The notes: a model not told the origin generated them from the letters alone. DNA of 32,000 nt from Mycobacterium tuberculosis H37Rv (GCF_000195955.2 NC_000962.3:1920001-1952000); one strand, 5' to 3'; positions 23,576-30,589 are shown, counted from the stretch's first letter. Numbers and translations are program-made.

Positions 23576-24406
23576 ATGACGTTCGCCTGGCCCCTCGGTG
23601 CCGCCGAATCGACGTTGGAGTTCTACGACCTGTCCCACCCCTGGGGACACGGCGCGCCGGCCTGGCCGTACTTCGAGGACGTGCAGATCGAACGACTCCA
23701 CGGCATGGCCAAGAGTCGTGTGCTGACCCAAAAGATCACCACCGTCATGCATTCCGGCACCCACATCGACGCGCCGGCGCACGTGGTGGAAGGAACACCG
23801 TTTCTGGACGAGATCCCGCTGAGCGCCTTCTTCGGCACCGGCGTCGTCGTCTCGATCCCGAAGGGCAAATGGGGGATGGTCACCGCCGAGGATCTGCAAA
23901 ACGCTACCCCCGACATCCGGCCCGGTGACATCGTCGTCGTCAACACCGGCTGGCACCACAAATACGCCGACAGCGCCGAGTACTACGCCTATTCCCCGGG
24001 CTTCGACAAGAAAGCGGGCGAGTGGTTTGCGGCCAAAGGCGTCAAGGCGGTCGGCACCGACACCCAGGCCCTGGACCATCCGCTGGCCACGGCCATCGCC
24101 CCGCACAGTCCCGCGGAGGCACAGGGCGGCCTATTGCCGTGGGCGGTACGCGAATACGAGGCGCAGACCGGCCGCAAGGTGCTCGACGACTTCCCGGACT
24201 GGGAACCGTGCCATCGGGCGATCCTGTCGCAGGGCATCTACGGCTTTGAAAACGTCGGCGGTGACCTGGACAAGGTCACCGGCAAGCGCGTCACTTTCGC
24301 GGCGTTCCCGTGGCGCTGGGTGGGTGGCGACGGCTGCATCGTGCGGCTGGTGGCGATCGTCGACCCCACCGGGAGCTATCGCATCGAGACCGGAAAGGCG
24401 GTCTGA
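23576..24406 (+). CDS. Putative cyclase / kynurenine-formamidase-family metal hydrolase (Rv1716-like)
   Basis: The ATG at 23576 is preceded by GGAAGGGGG and gives 276 aa. The family signature HxGTHxDxPxH is present as 'MHSGTHIDAPAHV'. Confidence 0.82.
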   Translation: MTFAWPLGAAESTLEFYDLSHPWGHGAPAWPYFEDVQIERLHGMAKSRVLTQKITTVMHSGTHIDAPAHVVEGTPFLDEIPLSAFFGTGVVVSIPKGKWGMVTAEDLQNATPDIRPGDIVVVNTGWHHKYADSAEYYAYSPGFDKKAGEWFAAKGVKAVGTDTQALDHPLATAIAPHSPAEAQGGLLPWAVREYEAQTGRKVLDDFPDWEPCHRAILSQGIYGFENVGGDLDKVTGKRVTFAAFPWRWVGGDGCIVRLVAIVDPTGSYRIETGKAV

Positions 24407-24756
24407 TGAAACTGACACGAGCGTCGCAGGCCCCCAGGTATGTGGCGCCGGCGCATCACGAGGTGTCCACCATGCGGTTGCAGGGCCGCGAGGCGGGGCG
24501 CACCGAGCGATTCTGGGTGGGGCTGTCGGTCTATCGGCCCGGCGGGACGGCCGAGCCGGCGCCGACCCGGGAGGAGACCGTCTACGTCGTGCTCGACGGC
24601 GAGCTGGTGGTCACCGTCGACGGCGCCGAAACCGTGTTGGGCTGGCTCGACAGCGTGCACCTCGCCAAAGGCGAACTGCGATCGATACACAACCGCACGG
24701 ATCGTCAGGCGCTGCTGCTGGTGACCGTCGCGCACCCGGTTGCCGAGGTGGCGTGA
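24406..24756 (+). CDS. Cupin-domain protein (Rv1717-like)
   Basis: The ATG overlaps the preceding TGA (TGATG) and gives 116 aa. It has beta-rich cupin-like segments ('ETVYVVLDGELVVTVDG...LAKGELRSIHNRTDRQALLLV'). Confidence 0.7.
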   Translation: MKLTRASQAPRYVAPAHHEVSTMRLQGREAGRTERFWVGLSVYRPGGTAEPAPTREETVYVVLDGELVVTVDGAETVLGWLDSVHLAKGELRSIHNRTDRQALLLVTVAHPVAEVA

Positions 24757-24812
24757 TGAGCTGCACCGGCGACGATGCAGAGCGAAGCGATGCTGAGGAG
24801 CGGTGCGAATGA
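24756..24812 (+). repeat. MIRU-like repeat, copy 2, filling the intergenic gap as an 18-codon mini-ORF
   Basis: ATG at 24756 overlaps the cupin stop (TGATG). The mini-ORF reads MSCTGDDAERSDAEERCE. Its TGA (24810-24812) overlaps the ATG of the next gene at 24809 (ATGA). The repeat core 24765-24812 matches 18102-18149 at 39/48 positions. Confidence 0.6.
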
Positions 24813-25627
24813 GCATCGTCATCACCGTCGCACCCACCGGCCCCATCGCCACCAAGGCCGACAACCCGGCGTTGCCGACGAGCCCCGAGGAAATCGCGAC
24901 AGCCGTCGAGCAGGCCTACCATGCCGGTGCCGCGGTGGCCCACATCCACCTGCGCGACGAAAACGAAAGGCCCACAGCGGATCCGAACATCGCGCGCCGG
25001 GCCATGGACCTCATCGGCGAGCGGTGTCCGATCCTGATCCAGCTGTCCACCGGGGTCGGCTTGACGGTGCCCTTCGAGCAGCGCGAGCAACTGGTCGAGT
25101 TGCGCCCGCGGATGGCCACGCTGAATCCGTGCTCGATGAGCTTCGGCGCGGGCGAATTCCGCAACCCGCCGCAAGCGGTTCGTCGGTTGGCGGCACGCAT
25201 GCGGGAACTGGACATCAAACCGGAACTGGAAATCTATGACACCGGGCATTTGGAGGCGTGCCTGCGACTGTGGGCGGAAGACCTGCTGGCCGAACCCTTG
25301 CAGTTCAGCATCGTGCTCGGGGTTCGGGGCGGAATGGCCGCCACCGCCGATAATCTGCTCACGATGGTGCGCCGGCTGCCCCCCGGGGCGATCTGGCAAG
25401 TCATCGCGATCGGTAAGGCCAACATGGAACTGACCGCCATGGGCCTGGCGCTGGGCGGCAACGCCCGAGTCGGCTTGGAGGACACCTTGTACCTGCGCAA
25501 GGGCGAGCTGGCGCCGAGCAATCTGGCGCTGGTATCGCGCACGATACGTCTCGCCGAAGCCTTGGACCTGCCGATCGCCTCGGTCGAAGAAGCCGAGGCG
25601 GCGCTGCAGCTGCCCGGCACGTCCTGA
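24809..25627 (+). CDS. Beta-keto acid cleavage enzyme (BKACE / DUF849; 3-keto-5-aminohexanoate cleavage enzyme family; Rv1718-like)
   Basis: 272 aa; GAGGAG lies 8 nt upstream of the ATG. Motifs: 'ITVAPTGP', 'PEEIA..A..AGAAVAHIHLRD' (HxH zinc site), 'KPELEIYDTGHL' and 'GGNARVGLEDTLY'. This is a typical TIM-barrel BKACE pattern. Confidence 0.85.
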   Translation: MSIVITVAPTGPIATKADNPALPTSPEEIATAVEQAYHAGAAVAHIHLRDENERPTADPNIARRAMDLIGERCPILIQLSTGVGLTVPFEQREQLVELRPRMATLNPCSMSFGAGEFRNPPQAVRRLAARMRELDIKPELEIYDTGHLEACLRLWAEDLLAEPLQFSIVLGVRGGMAATADNLLTMVRRLPPGAIWQVIAIGKANMELTAMGLALGGNARVGLEDTLYLRKGELAPSNLALVSRTIRLAEALDLPIASVEEAEAALQLPGTS

Positions 25628-25640
25628 GAGGAGCTCGCTT

Positions 25641-26420
25641 GTGTCCGCCGAAGAGCAGGACACCCGCAGTGGTGGCATCCAGGTGATCGCGCGGGCGGCC
25701 GAACTGCTGCGGGTGCTGCAGGCGCACCCCGGCGGTCTCAGCCAGGCCGAGATCGGCGAGCGGGTGGGCATGGCCCGCTCGACCGTGAGCCGGATCCTCA
25801 ACGCGCTGGAGGACGAGGGGCTGGTGGCCTCGCGCGGGGCCCGGGGACCCTATCGGCTGGGCCCGGAGATCACGCGGATGGCCACCACGGTACGGCTGGG
25901 TGTCGTCACGGAGATGCACCCGTTCTTGACGGAGTTGTCGCGCGAGCTGGACGAGACGGTGGACTTGTCGATCCTGGACGGGGATCGGGCGGACGTCGTG
26001 GACCAGGTCGTGCCGCCGCAGCGGCTGCGGGCCGTGAGCGCGGTGGGGGAGTCGTTTCCGCTGTACTGCTGCGCCAACGGCAAGGCGCTGCTGGCCGCGT
26101 TGCCGCCTGAGCGGCAAGCCCGCGCGCTGCCGAGTCGACTGGCGCCGCTGACGGCGAACACCATCACCGACCGCGCGGCGTTGCGGGACGAGCTCAATCG
26201 CATCCGGGTGGACGGTGTCGCCTACGACCGTGAGGAGCAGACCGAAGGCATCTGCGCGGTGGGCGCGGTGCTACGGGGGGTGTCGGTTGAGTTGGTGGCG
26301 GTGAGTGTGCCGGTGCCCGCGCAGCGGTTCTACGGCCGTGAAGCCGAGTTGGCCGGTGCTCTGCTGGCCTGGGTTTCGAAGGTAGACGCGTGGTTCAACG
26401 GCACTGAGGATCGCAAATGA
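25641..26420 (+). CDS. IclR-family transcriptional regulator (Rv1719-like)
   Basis: GTG at 25641 has GAGAGGAG upstream and gives 259 aa. N-terminal wHTH 'LSQAEIGERVGMARSTVSRILNALEDEGLV', with an IclR effector domain after it. Confidence 0.88.
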   Translation: MSAEEQDTRSGGIQVIARAAELLRVLQAHPGGLSQAEIGERVGMARSTVSRILNALEDEGLVASRGARGPYRLGPEITRMATTVRLGVVTEMHPFLTELSRELDETVDLSILDGDRADVVDQVVPPQRLRAVSAVGESFPLYCCANGKALLAALPPERQARALPSRLAPLTANTITDRAALRDELNRIRVDGVAYDREEQTEGICAVGAVLRGVSVELVAVSVPVPAQRFYGREAELAGALLAWVSKVDAWFNGTEDRK

Positions 26421-26524
26421 CAGAAGCGTTGTGCGACAAGCTCGTTGGGGCCTGGGACCTGGTGTCCTACGTGGAGCGGGCCGCGGCTTTGGCGTTGGGA
26501 TACCTGGCCTACGGCGGACGGTAG
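26417..26524 (+). pseudogene. 35-codon ORF resembling the truncated N-terminus of a lipocalin-like-domain protein
   Basis: The ATG overlaps the IclR stop (ATGA). The ORF reads 'MTEALCDKLVGAWDLVSYVERAAALALGYLAYGGR*'. This carries the GxWxLVS opening motif and a 'G.l.Y..dGR'-like segment of that family, has high GC3, and ends at a TAG only 89 nt before the tRNA. Confidence 0.3.
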
Positions 26525-26612
26525 TTCGTCGACAAGGCGTAGGGCGTGGCCGGGTTTGCAGGCCGGCTGCGGTAGGCTTTCGACCTGCCGCCGGTGGTGT
26601 CGCCGGTGGCAC

Positions 26613-26686
26613 CGGGCTGTGGCGCAGTTTGGTAGCGCACTTGACTGGGGGTCAAGTGGTCGCAGGTTCAAATCCTGTCAGCCCGA
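26613..26686 (+). tRNA. proT: tRNA-Pro (anticodon GGG)
   Basis: Hand-folded cloverleaf. Acceptor stem is CGGGCTG/CAGCCCG. D arm is GCGC-AGTTTGGTA-GCGC. Anticodon arm is CTTGA-CTGGGGG-TCAAG (anticodon G47-G49, G37). Variable loop is TGGTC. T arm is GCAGG-TTCAAAT-CCTGT. The discriminator is A and no CCA is encoded. The gene symbol is from memory. Confidence 0.9.
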
Positions 26687-27029
26687 CTTACGTTTCCGCA
26701 GGTAGACCGCCCTGCTGGCGGTCCTCGGCTGCCGCTGAGGCAGTACCGCCAAGGGGTATGTACAGCAACCGGTACAGCAACCCGGTCAAATCCCCAGAGC
26801 ACCGCTGAGACCTTCCACTGCGGCTCGCGCCGCTTCGTCGCTGGTATGACCGCGCCACCGTGCTGGACACCGCCTACCGAGACCACCTCGAGCGGTTCGT
26901 TCGCAAACCACCCGAGCCACCCGCGCTACCGGCCTTCAGCGCGATCAACCCACCACCAAAGGAGGACCAGCCGACTCAATGAATCCCCGAAAATCGTGTC
27001 TCAGAAATGTTGACAGGTTCCGCGGTAGA

Positions 27030-27419
27030 TCAGGCGACAAGCTCGATCTCCGCATTATGGCCATGGGATTGGGCAAGTCGCCCGTCGCAAGTGATAAGCG
27101 GTACGCCGAGGCCCTCGGCGAGGGCGACGTAGGCTCCATCGGCCACGGTATGAGTGGACCGAAGTTGGTAGGCACGCTGGGTGAATGGCTTTAACGGCCA
27201 ACGCCGAACGGGCAGGCTAAGGAAGTTGACAACCACGACGAGTCCTTCATGATCGCTGATCAGCTGACGCACGACCGCTTGACGTATCGCCCCGATCACC
27301 TCGACATCGAAATGTGCAGGGGCGTGCACGGTTTCGCCCCGCAAGCGCCGGGCGACCGCCGCACCCGCCGGCGTCGTGAGCATGAGCTCGACGGCCGCCG
27401 AGGCGTCCAACACGATCAC
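27030..27419 (-). CDS. vapC12: PIN-domain ribonuclease toxin VapC
   Basis: 129 aa; the GTG start overlaps the antitoxin stop (GTGA). PIN acidic residues are in 'MIVLDASA', 'DVEV', 'VADGAYVALA' and 'ITCDGRL'. Confidence 0.9.
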   Translation of the reverse strand: MIVLDASAAVELMLTTPAGAAVARRLRGETVHAPAHFDVEVIGAIRQAVVRQLISDHEGLVVVVNFLSLPVRRWPLKPFTQRAYQLRSTHTVADGAYVALAEGLGVPLITCDGRLAQSHGHNAEIELVA

Positions 27420-27643
27420 TCAGATCGAGCCTCGTCAACAAGCTCGGCTGCGCTCGCGCCGAGATCCCGGCGCGGCAGTGCCGCTAGACGGTCGAGAACG
27501 TCGTCGAGGGCCGGTTCTTCCGCGATCTCGGCAAGCCGTGCTAGGAGGAAATCGCTCAGGCTCATCCGTTGCGCCGCTGCGCGGGCCTTCAGCTCGTGGA
27601 GAAGCTCGTCGGGAACGTTGCGGATCTGAACCATGGCGGACAT
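27416..27643 (-). CDS. vapB12: Ribbon-helix-helix antitoxin VapB
   Basis: 75 aa. 'MVQIRNVPDELLHELKARAAAQRMSLSDFLL' is a typical RHH DNA-binding N-terminus. The acidic C-terminal tail would bind the toxin. Confidence 0.88.
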   Translation of the reverse strand: MSAMVQIRNVPDELLHELKARAAAQRMSLSDFLLARLAEIAEEPALDDVLDRLAALPRRDLGASAAELVDEARSE

Positions 27644-27679
27644 GTTGTAAGCATATCGGACATGTGAAACACATGTCCG
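27637..27679 (-). promoter_or_regulatory. vapBC12 promoter/operator: three ACATGTCCG half-sites and a -10 TATGCT placed for a leaderless transcript
   Basis: Perfect inverted repeat CGGACATGTG-AAA-CACATGTCCG (27657-27679). A third copy, CGGACATGT (27637-27645), covers the vapB12 ATG (27643). On the minus strand, TATGCT (27655-27650) lies 6 nt upstream of that ATG. Confidence 0.5.
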
Positions 27680-27860
27680 GTTGCCGGTGTGACCGGCTGG
27701 GGCGTGTAGGCGTCAACCCACGCCGTGCACGCGGCCATGGGCGGGTGCAGACTTTTGCCATGCAACCATGTGAGCTCACCGCCGTCGCGCTGACCGCAAC
27801 GCCCCCGCCCGCGCCTCCGTCCCTGCGCCGGGCACCGGCGTCGACGTCACCGCGGCTGGC

Positions 27861-29345
27861 GTGATCGTGCCCGCCCGCGAGCCTGAGCCCCAGCCGCGCC
27901 GCGTGCTGAACGGCCTTTCGGACGTACGCGCGTTCTTTCACAACAACACCGTGCCGCTGTACTTCATCTCGCCGACGCCGTTCAACCTGCTGGGCATCTA
28001 TCGCTGGATCCGAAACTTCTTCTACCTGACCTACTACGACTCTTTCGAGGGCGAACATTCGCGCGTGTTCGTGCCCCGGCGGCGCGACCGCAGGGATTTC
28101 GACGGCATGGGGGATGTGTGCAACCACCTGCTGCGTGATCCCGAGACACTCGAGTTCATCAAGAACAGGGGTCCCGGTGGCAAGGCCTGTTTTGTGATGC
28201 TGGACGAAGAGACCCAGGCGCTTGCGCGCCAGGCGGGGCTCGAGGTCATGCACCCCCCGGCGGAGCTGCGTCATCGCCTGGAATCCAAGATCGTCATGAC
28301 GCGCCTGGCCGACGAGGCGGGCGTACCCAGCGTGCCGCACGTGATCGGGCGGGTGAGCTCCTACGACGAATTGTCGGCGCTCGCGCACGGCGCAGGGCTG
28401 GGAGACGACCTCGTCGTCGAGGCCGCCTATGGCAACGCCGGCAGCGCAACGTTCTTTGTGCGCGGATTGCGCGACTGGGACCAGTGCGCCGGTGGCATAG
28501 TGGGGCAGCCGGAAATCAAGGTCATGAAGCGCATCCGCAATGTCGAGGTGTGCATCGAGGCCACCGTGACCCGCCACGGCACCGTGATCGGCCCGGCGAT
28601 GACGAGCCTGGTCGGTTACCCGGAGCTGACTCCGTACCGGGGCGCCTGGTGCGGCAACGATGTTTGGCGTGGGGCGCTACCACCCGCACAGACCCGCGCC
28701 GCGCGAGAGATGGTGGCAAAGCTGGGCGACGTCTTGAGCCGCGAGGGCTACCGCGGCTACTTCGAGGTGGACCTGTTGCACGACCTGGACGCCGACGAGC
28801 TCTACCTCGGCGAGGTGAACCCGCGCCTCTCCGGTGCAAGCCCGATGACGAACCTGACCACCGAGGCCTACGCCGACATGCCACTGTTCCTCTTCCACCT
28901 GCTCGAGTACATGGACGTGGACTACGAGCTGGACATCGAGGCGATCAACTCGCGCTGGGAGCGGGGCTACGGCGAGGACGAGGTCTGGGGTCAGCTGATC
29001 ATGTCGGAGACCTCGCCGGACCTCGAGCTCTTCACCGCGACCCCACGCACCGGGATGTGGCGCCTGAACCACGACGGGCGCGTCTCCTTTGCCCGCCAGG
29101 GCAACGACTGGGCCACGATGCTCGACGAGTCCGAGGCCTTCTACATGCGGGTCGCCGCACCGGGCGACCTACGCTGCGAGGGCGCCCAACTCGGTGTGTT
29201 GGTCACCCGCGGGCACCTGCAGACCGACGACTACCAGCTCACCGAGCGCGGCCGGCGCTGGATCGACGGCCTCAAGGCGCAGTTCGCCTCGACGCCGCTG
29301 ACGCCCGCCGCCCCGATCGTCTCGCGGCTCGTCGCACGGGCGTGA
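27861..29345 (+). CDS. ATP-grasp-family enzyme (annotated 'possible carboxylase'; Rv1722-like)
   Basis: 494 aa with a GTG start. The central region has ATP-grasp character ('MTRLADEAGVPSVP', 'DLVVEAAYGNAGSATFFV', 'GYRGYFEVDLL', 'LYLGEVNPRLSGASP'). No biotin-carboxyl-carrier or carboxyltransferase partner is nearby. Confidence 0.7.
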   Translation: MIVPAREPEPQPRRVLNGLSDVRAFFHNNTVPLYFISPTPFNLLGIYRWIRNFFYLTYYDSFEGEHSRVFVPRRRDRRDFDGMGDVCNHLLRDPETLEFIKNRGPGGKACFVMLDEETQALARQAGLEVMHPPAELRHRLESKIVMTRLADEAGVPSVPHVIGRVSSYDELSALAHGAGLGDDLVVEAAYGNAGSATFFVRGLRDWDQCAGGIVGQPEIKVMKRIRNVEVCIEATVTRHGTVIGPAMTSLVGYPELTPYRGAWCGNDVWRGALPPAQTRAAREMVAKLGDVLSREGYRGYFEVDLLHDLDADELYLGEVNPRLSGASPMTNLTTEAYADMPLFLFHLLEYMDVDYELDIEAINSRWERGYGEDEVWGQLIMSETSPDLELFTATPRTGMWRLNHDGRVSFARQGNDWATMLDESEAFYMRVAAPGDLRCEGAQLGVLVTRGHLQTDDYQLTERGRRWIDGLKAQFASTPLTPAAPIVSRLVARA

Positions 29346-30589
29346 GCGGCGGCGTCCCGGCCGGTCTCGCACTGGACAACTGGCTGTCGTCGCCGTATTC
29401 GCATTGGGCATTCCAGCACGTCGAAGACTTCATGCCGACCACGGTCATCGCGCGCGGCACCGAGCCGGTCGTGACGTTGCCCGCGGACAATGCGCCGATC
29501 GCCGACATCGGCTTGACCAGCACGGACGGGATCGCCACCACCGTGGGCGCGGTGATGGCCGCCACCGCTACCGACGGGTGGGCGGTCGCGCATCGCGGTG
29601 CGCTGGTGGCCGAGCAGTACCTCGACGGCCTGGGACCCCGGACCCGCCACCTGCTGTTCTCGGTGAGCAAGTCGCTGGTGGCGGCTGTGGTCGGCGCGCT
29701 GCACGGGGCCGGGGCGATCGAGCTTGACGCGCCGGTCACGGCGTACGTGCCCGCCTTGGCGGACTGCGGCTACGCCGGTGCGACGGTGCGCCACCTGCTG
29801 GACATGCGATCGGGTGTCGCCTTCTCGGAGAACTACGACGACCCGGCCGCCGAGATTCACGTGCGCGAGCAGGTGATCGGGTGGGCGCCCAAGCGCGGTC
29901 CGGACCTGCCCGCCACGCTGCGCGACTACCTGCTGACCTTGCGGCGGAAGTCGGCGCACGGCGGCCCGTTCGAATATCGCTCGTGTGAAACCGACGTCCT
30001 CGGCTGGATCTGCGAGGCCGCGGCCGGACAGCCGATGCCCGAACTGATGTCGGAACTACTGTGGAGCCGCATCGGGGCCCAGTGCGATGCCACCATCGCC
30101 CTAGACGTAGCCGGCGCGGCGGGCACCGGAATATTCGACGGCGGCATCAGCGCCTGTCTGACCGACATGATCCGGTTCGGGTCGCTGTACCTGCGCGACG
30201 GTGTCTCGTTGGCCGGCCAGCAAGTGGTGCCCGCGGCCTGGATCGCCGACACCTTCGACGGCGGCCCCGACTCGCGTCAGGCGTTCGCCGCCAGCCCCGA
30301 CGACAACCCGATGCCCGGCGGGATGTACCGCAACCAAGTGTGGTTTCCCTACCCGGGCAGCAATGTCGCGTTGTGCGTGGGCATGTGCGGCCAGCTGATC
30401 TACGTCAACCGCGCCGCGGAGGTGGTCGCCGCCAAGCTGTCCACCCAGCCGCACTCCCATGAGCCGCACATGTTAGACACCCTGCGCGCATTCGATGCGG
30501 TGGCACACGAATTGTCAGGAATCAGATCGAGTTCGACCAACGACCCGCAGCGGCCTTCCCCGCCAGCCCAGGAGGCCAGTCCGGGGTAA
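29342..30589 (+). CDS. Beta-lactamase-fold serine hydrolase (class C / DD-peptidase / esterase family; Rv1723-like)
   Basis: The GTG at 29342 overlaps the ATP-grasp stop (GTGA) and gives 415 aa. The SxxK motif occurs in 'LLFSVSKSLVAAVVG', and 'YRSCETDVLGWI' is present. The upstream in-frame extension to 28484 overlaps the ATP-grasp gene and is rejected. Confidence 0.8.
   Translation: MSGGVPAGLALDNWLSSPYSHWAFQHVEDFMPTTVIARGTEPVVTLPADNAPIADIGLTSTDGIATTVGAVMAATATDGWAVAHRGALVAEQYLDGLGPRTRHLLFSVSKSLVAAVVGALHGAGAIELDAPVTAYVPALADCGYAGATVRHLLDMRSGVAFSENYDDPAAEIHVREQVIGWAPKRGPDLPATLRDYLLTLRRKSAHGGPFEYRSCETDVLGWICEAAAGQPMPELMSELLWSRIGAQCDATIALDVAGAAGTGIFDGGISACLTDMIRFGSLYLRDGVSLAGQQVVPAAWIADTFDGGPDSRQAFAASPDDNPMPGGMYRNQVWFPYPGSNVALCVGMCGQLIYVNRAAEVVAAKLSTQPHSHEPHMLDTLRAFDAVAHELSGIRSSSTNDPQRPSPPAQEASPG

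Noticed and set aside
24611-25801. 396-aa minus-strand ORF opposite the BKACE gene. Similar long antisense ORFs occur at 27435-28577, 30928-31998, 20330-21115, 714-1401, 3144-3659 and 5645-6277.
   Set aside because: All overlap well-supported genes on the other strand. All have Arg/Pro-rich low-complexity composition and no recognisable domain. They are GC-content artefacts.
26878-26980. Open frame ending '...WYDRATVLDTAYRDHLERFVRKPPEPPALPAFSAINPPPKEDQPTQ*' between the tRNA and vapC12, considered as an integrase/transposase remnant
   Set aside because: It has no start codon, and I could find no catalytic or family motif. The resemblance to IS3-type transposase C-termini was too vague to support a call. 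It remains unexplained sequence.
27657-27679. The inverted repeat contains GTGAAAC, reminiscent of the parS half-site (GTTTCACGTGAAAC), with an orphan ParA elsewhere in the window
   Set aside because: The dyad is centred on AAA, not on CG, and the arms (CGGACATGTG) do not match parS. Its position over the vapB12 promoter makes an antitoxin operator the simpler explanation.
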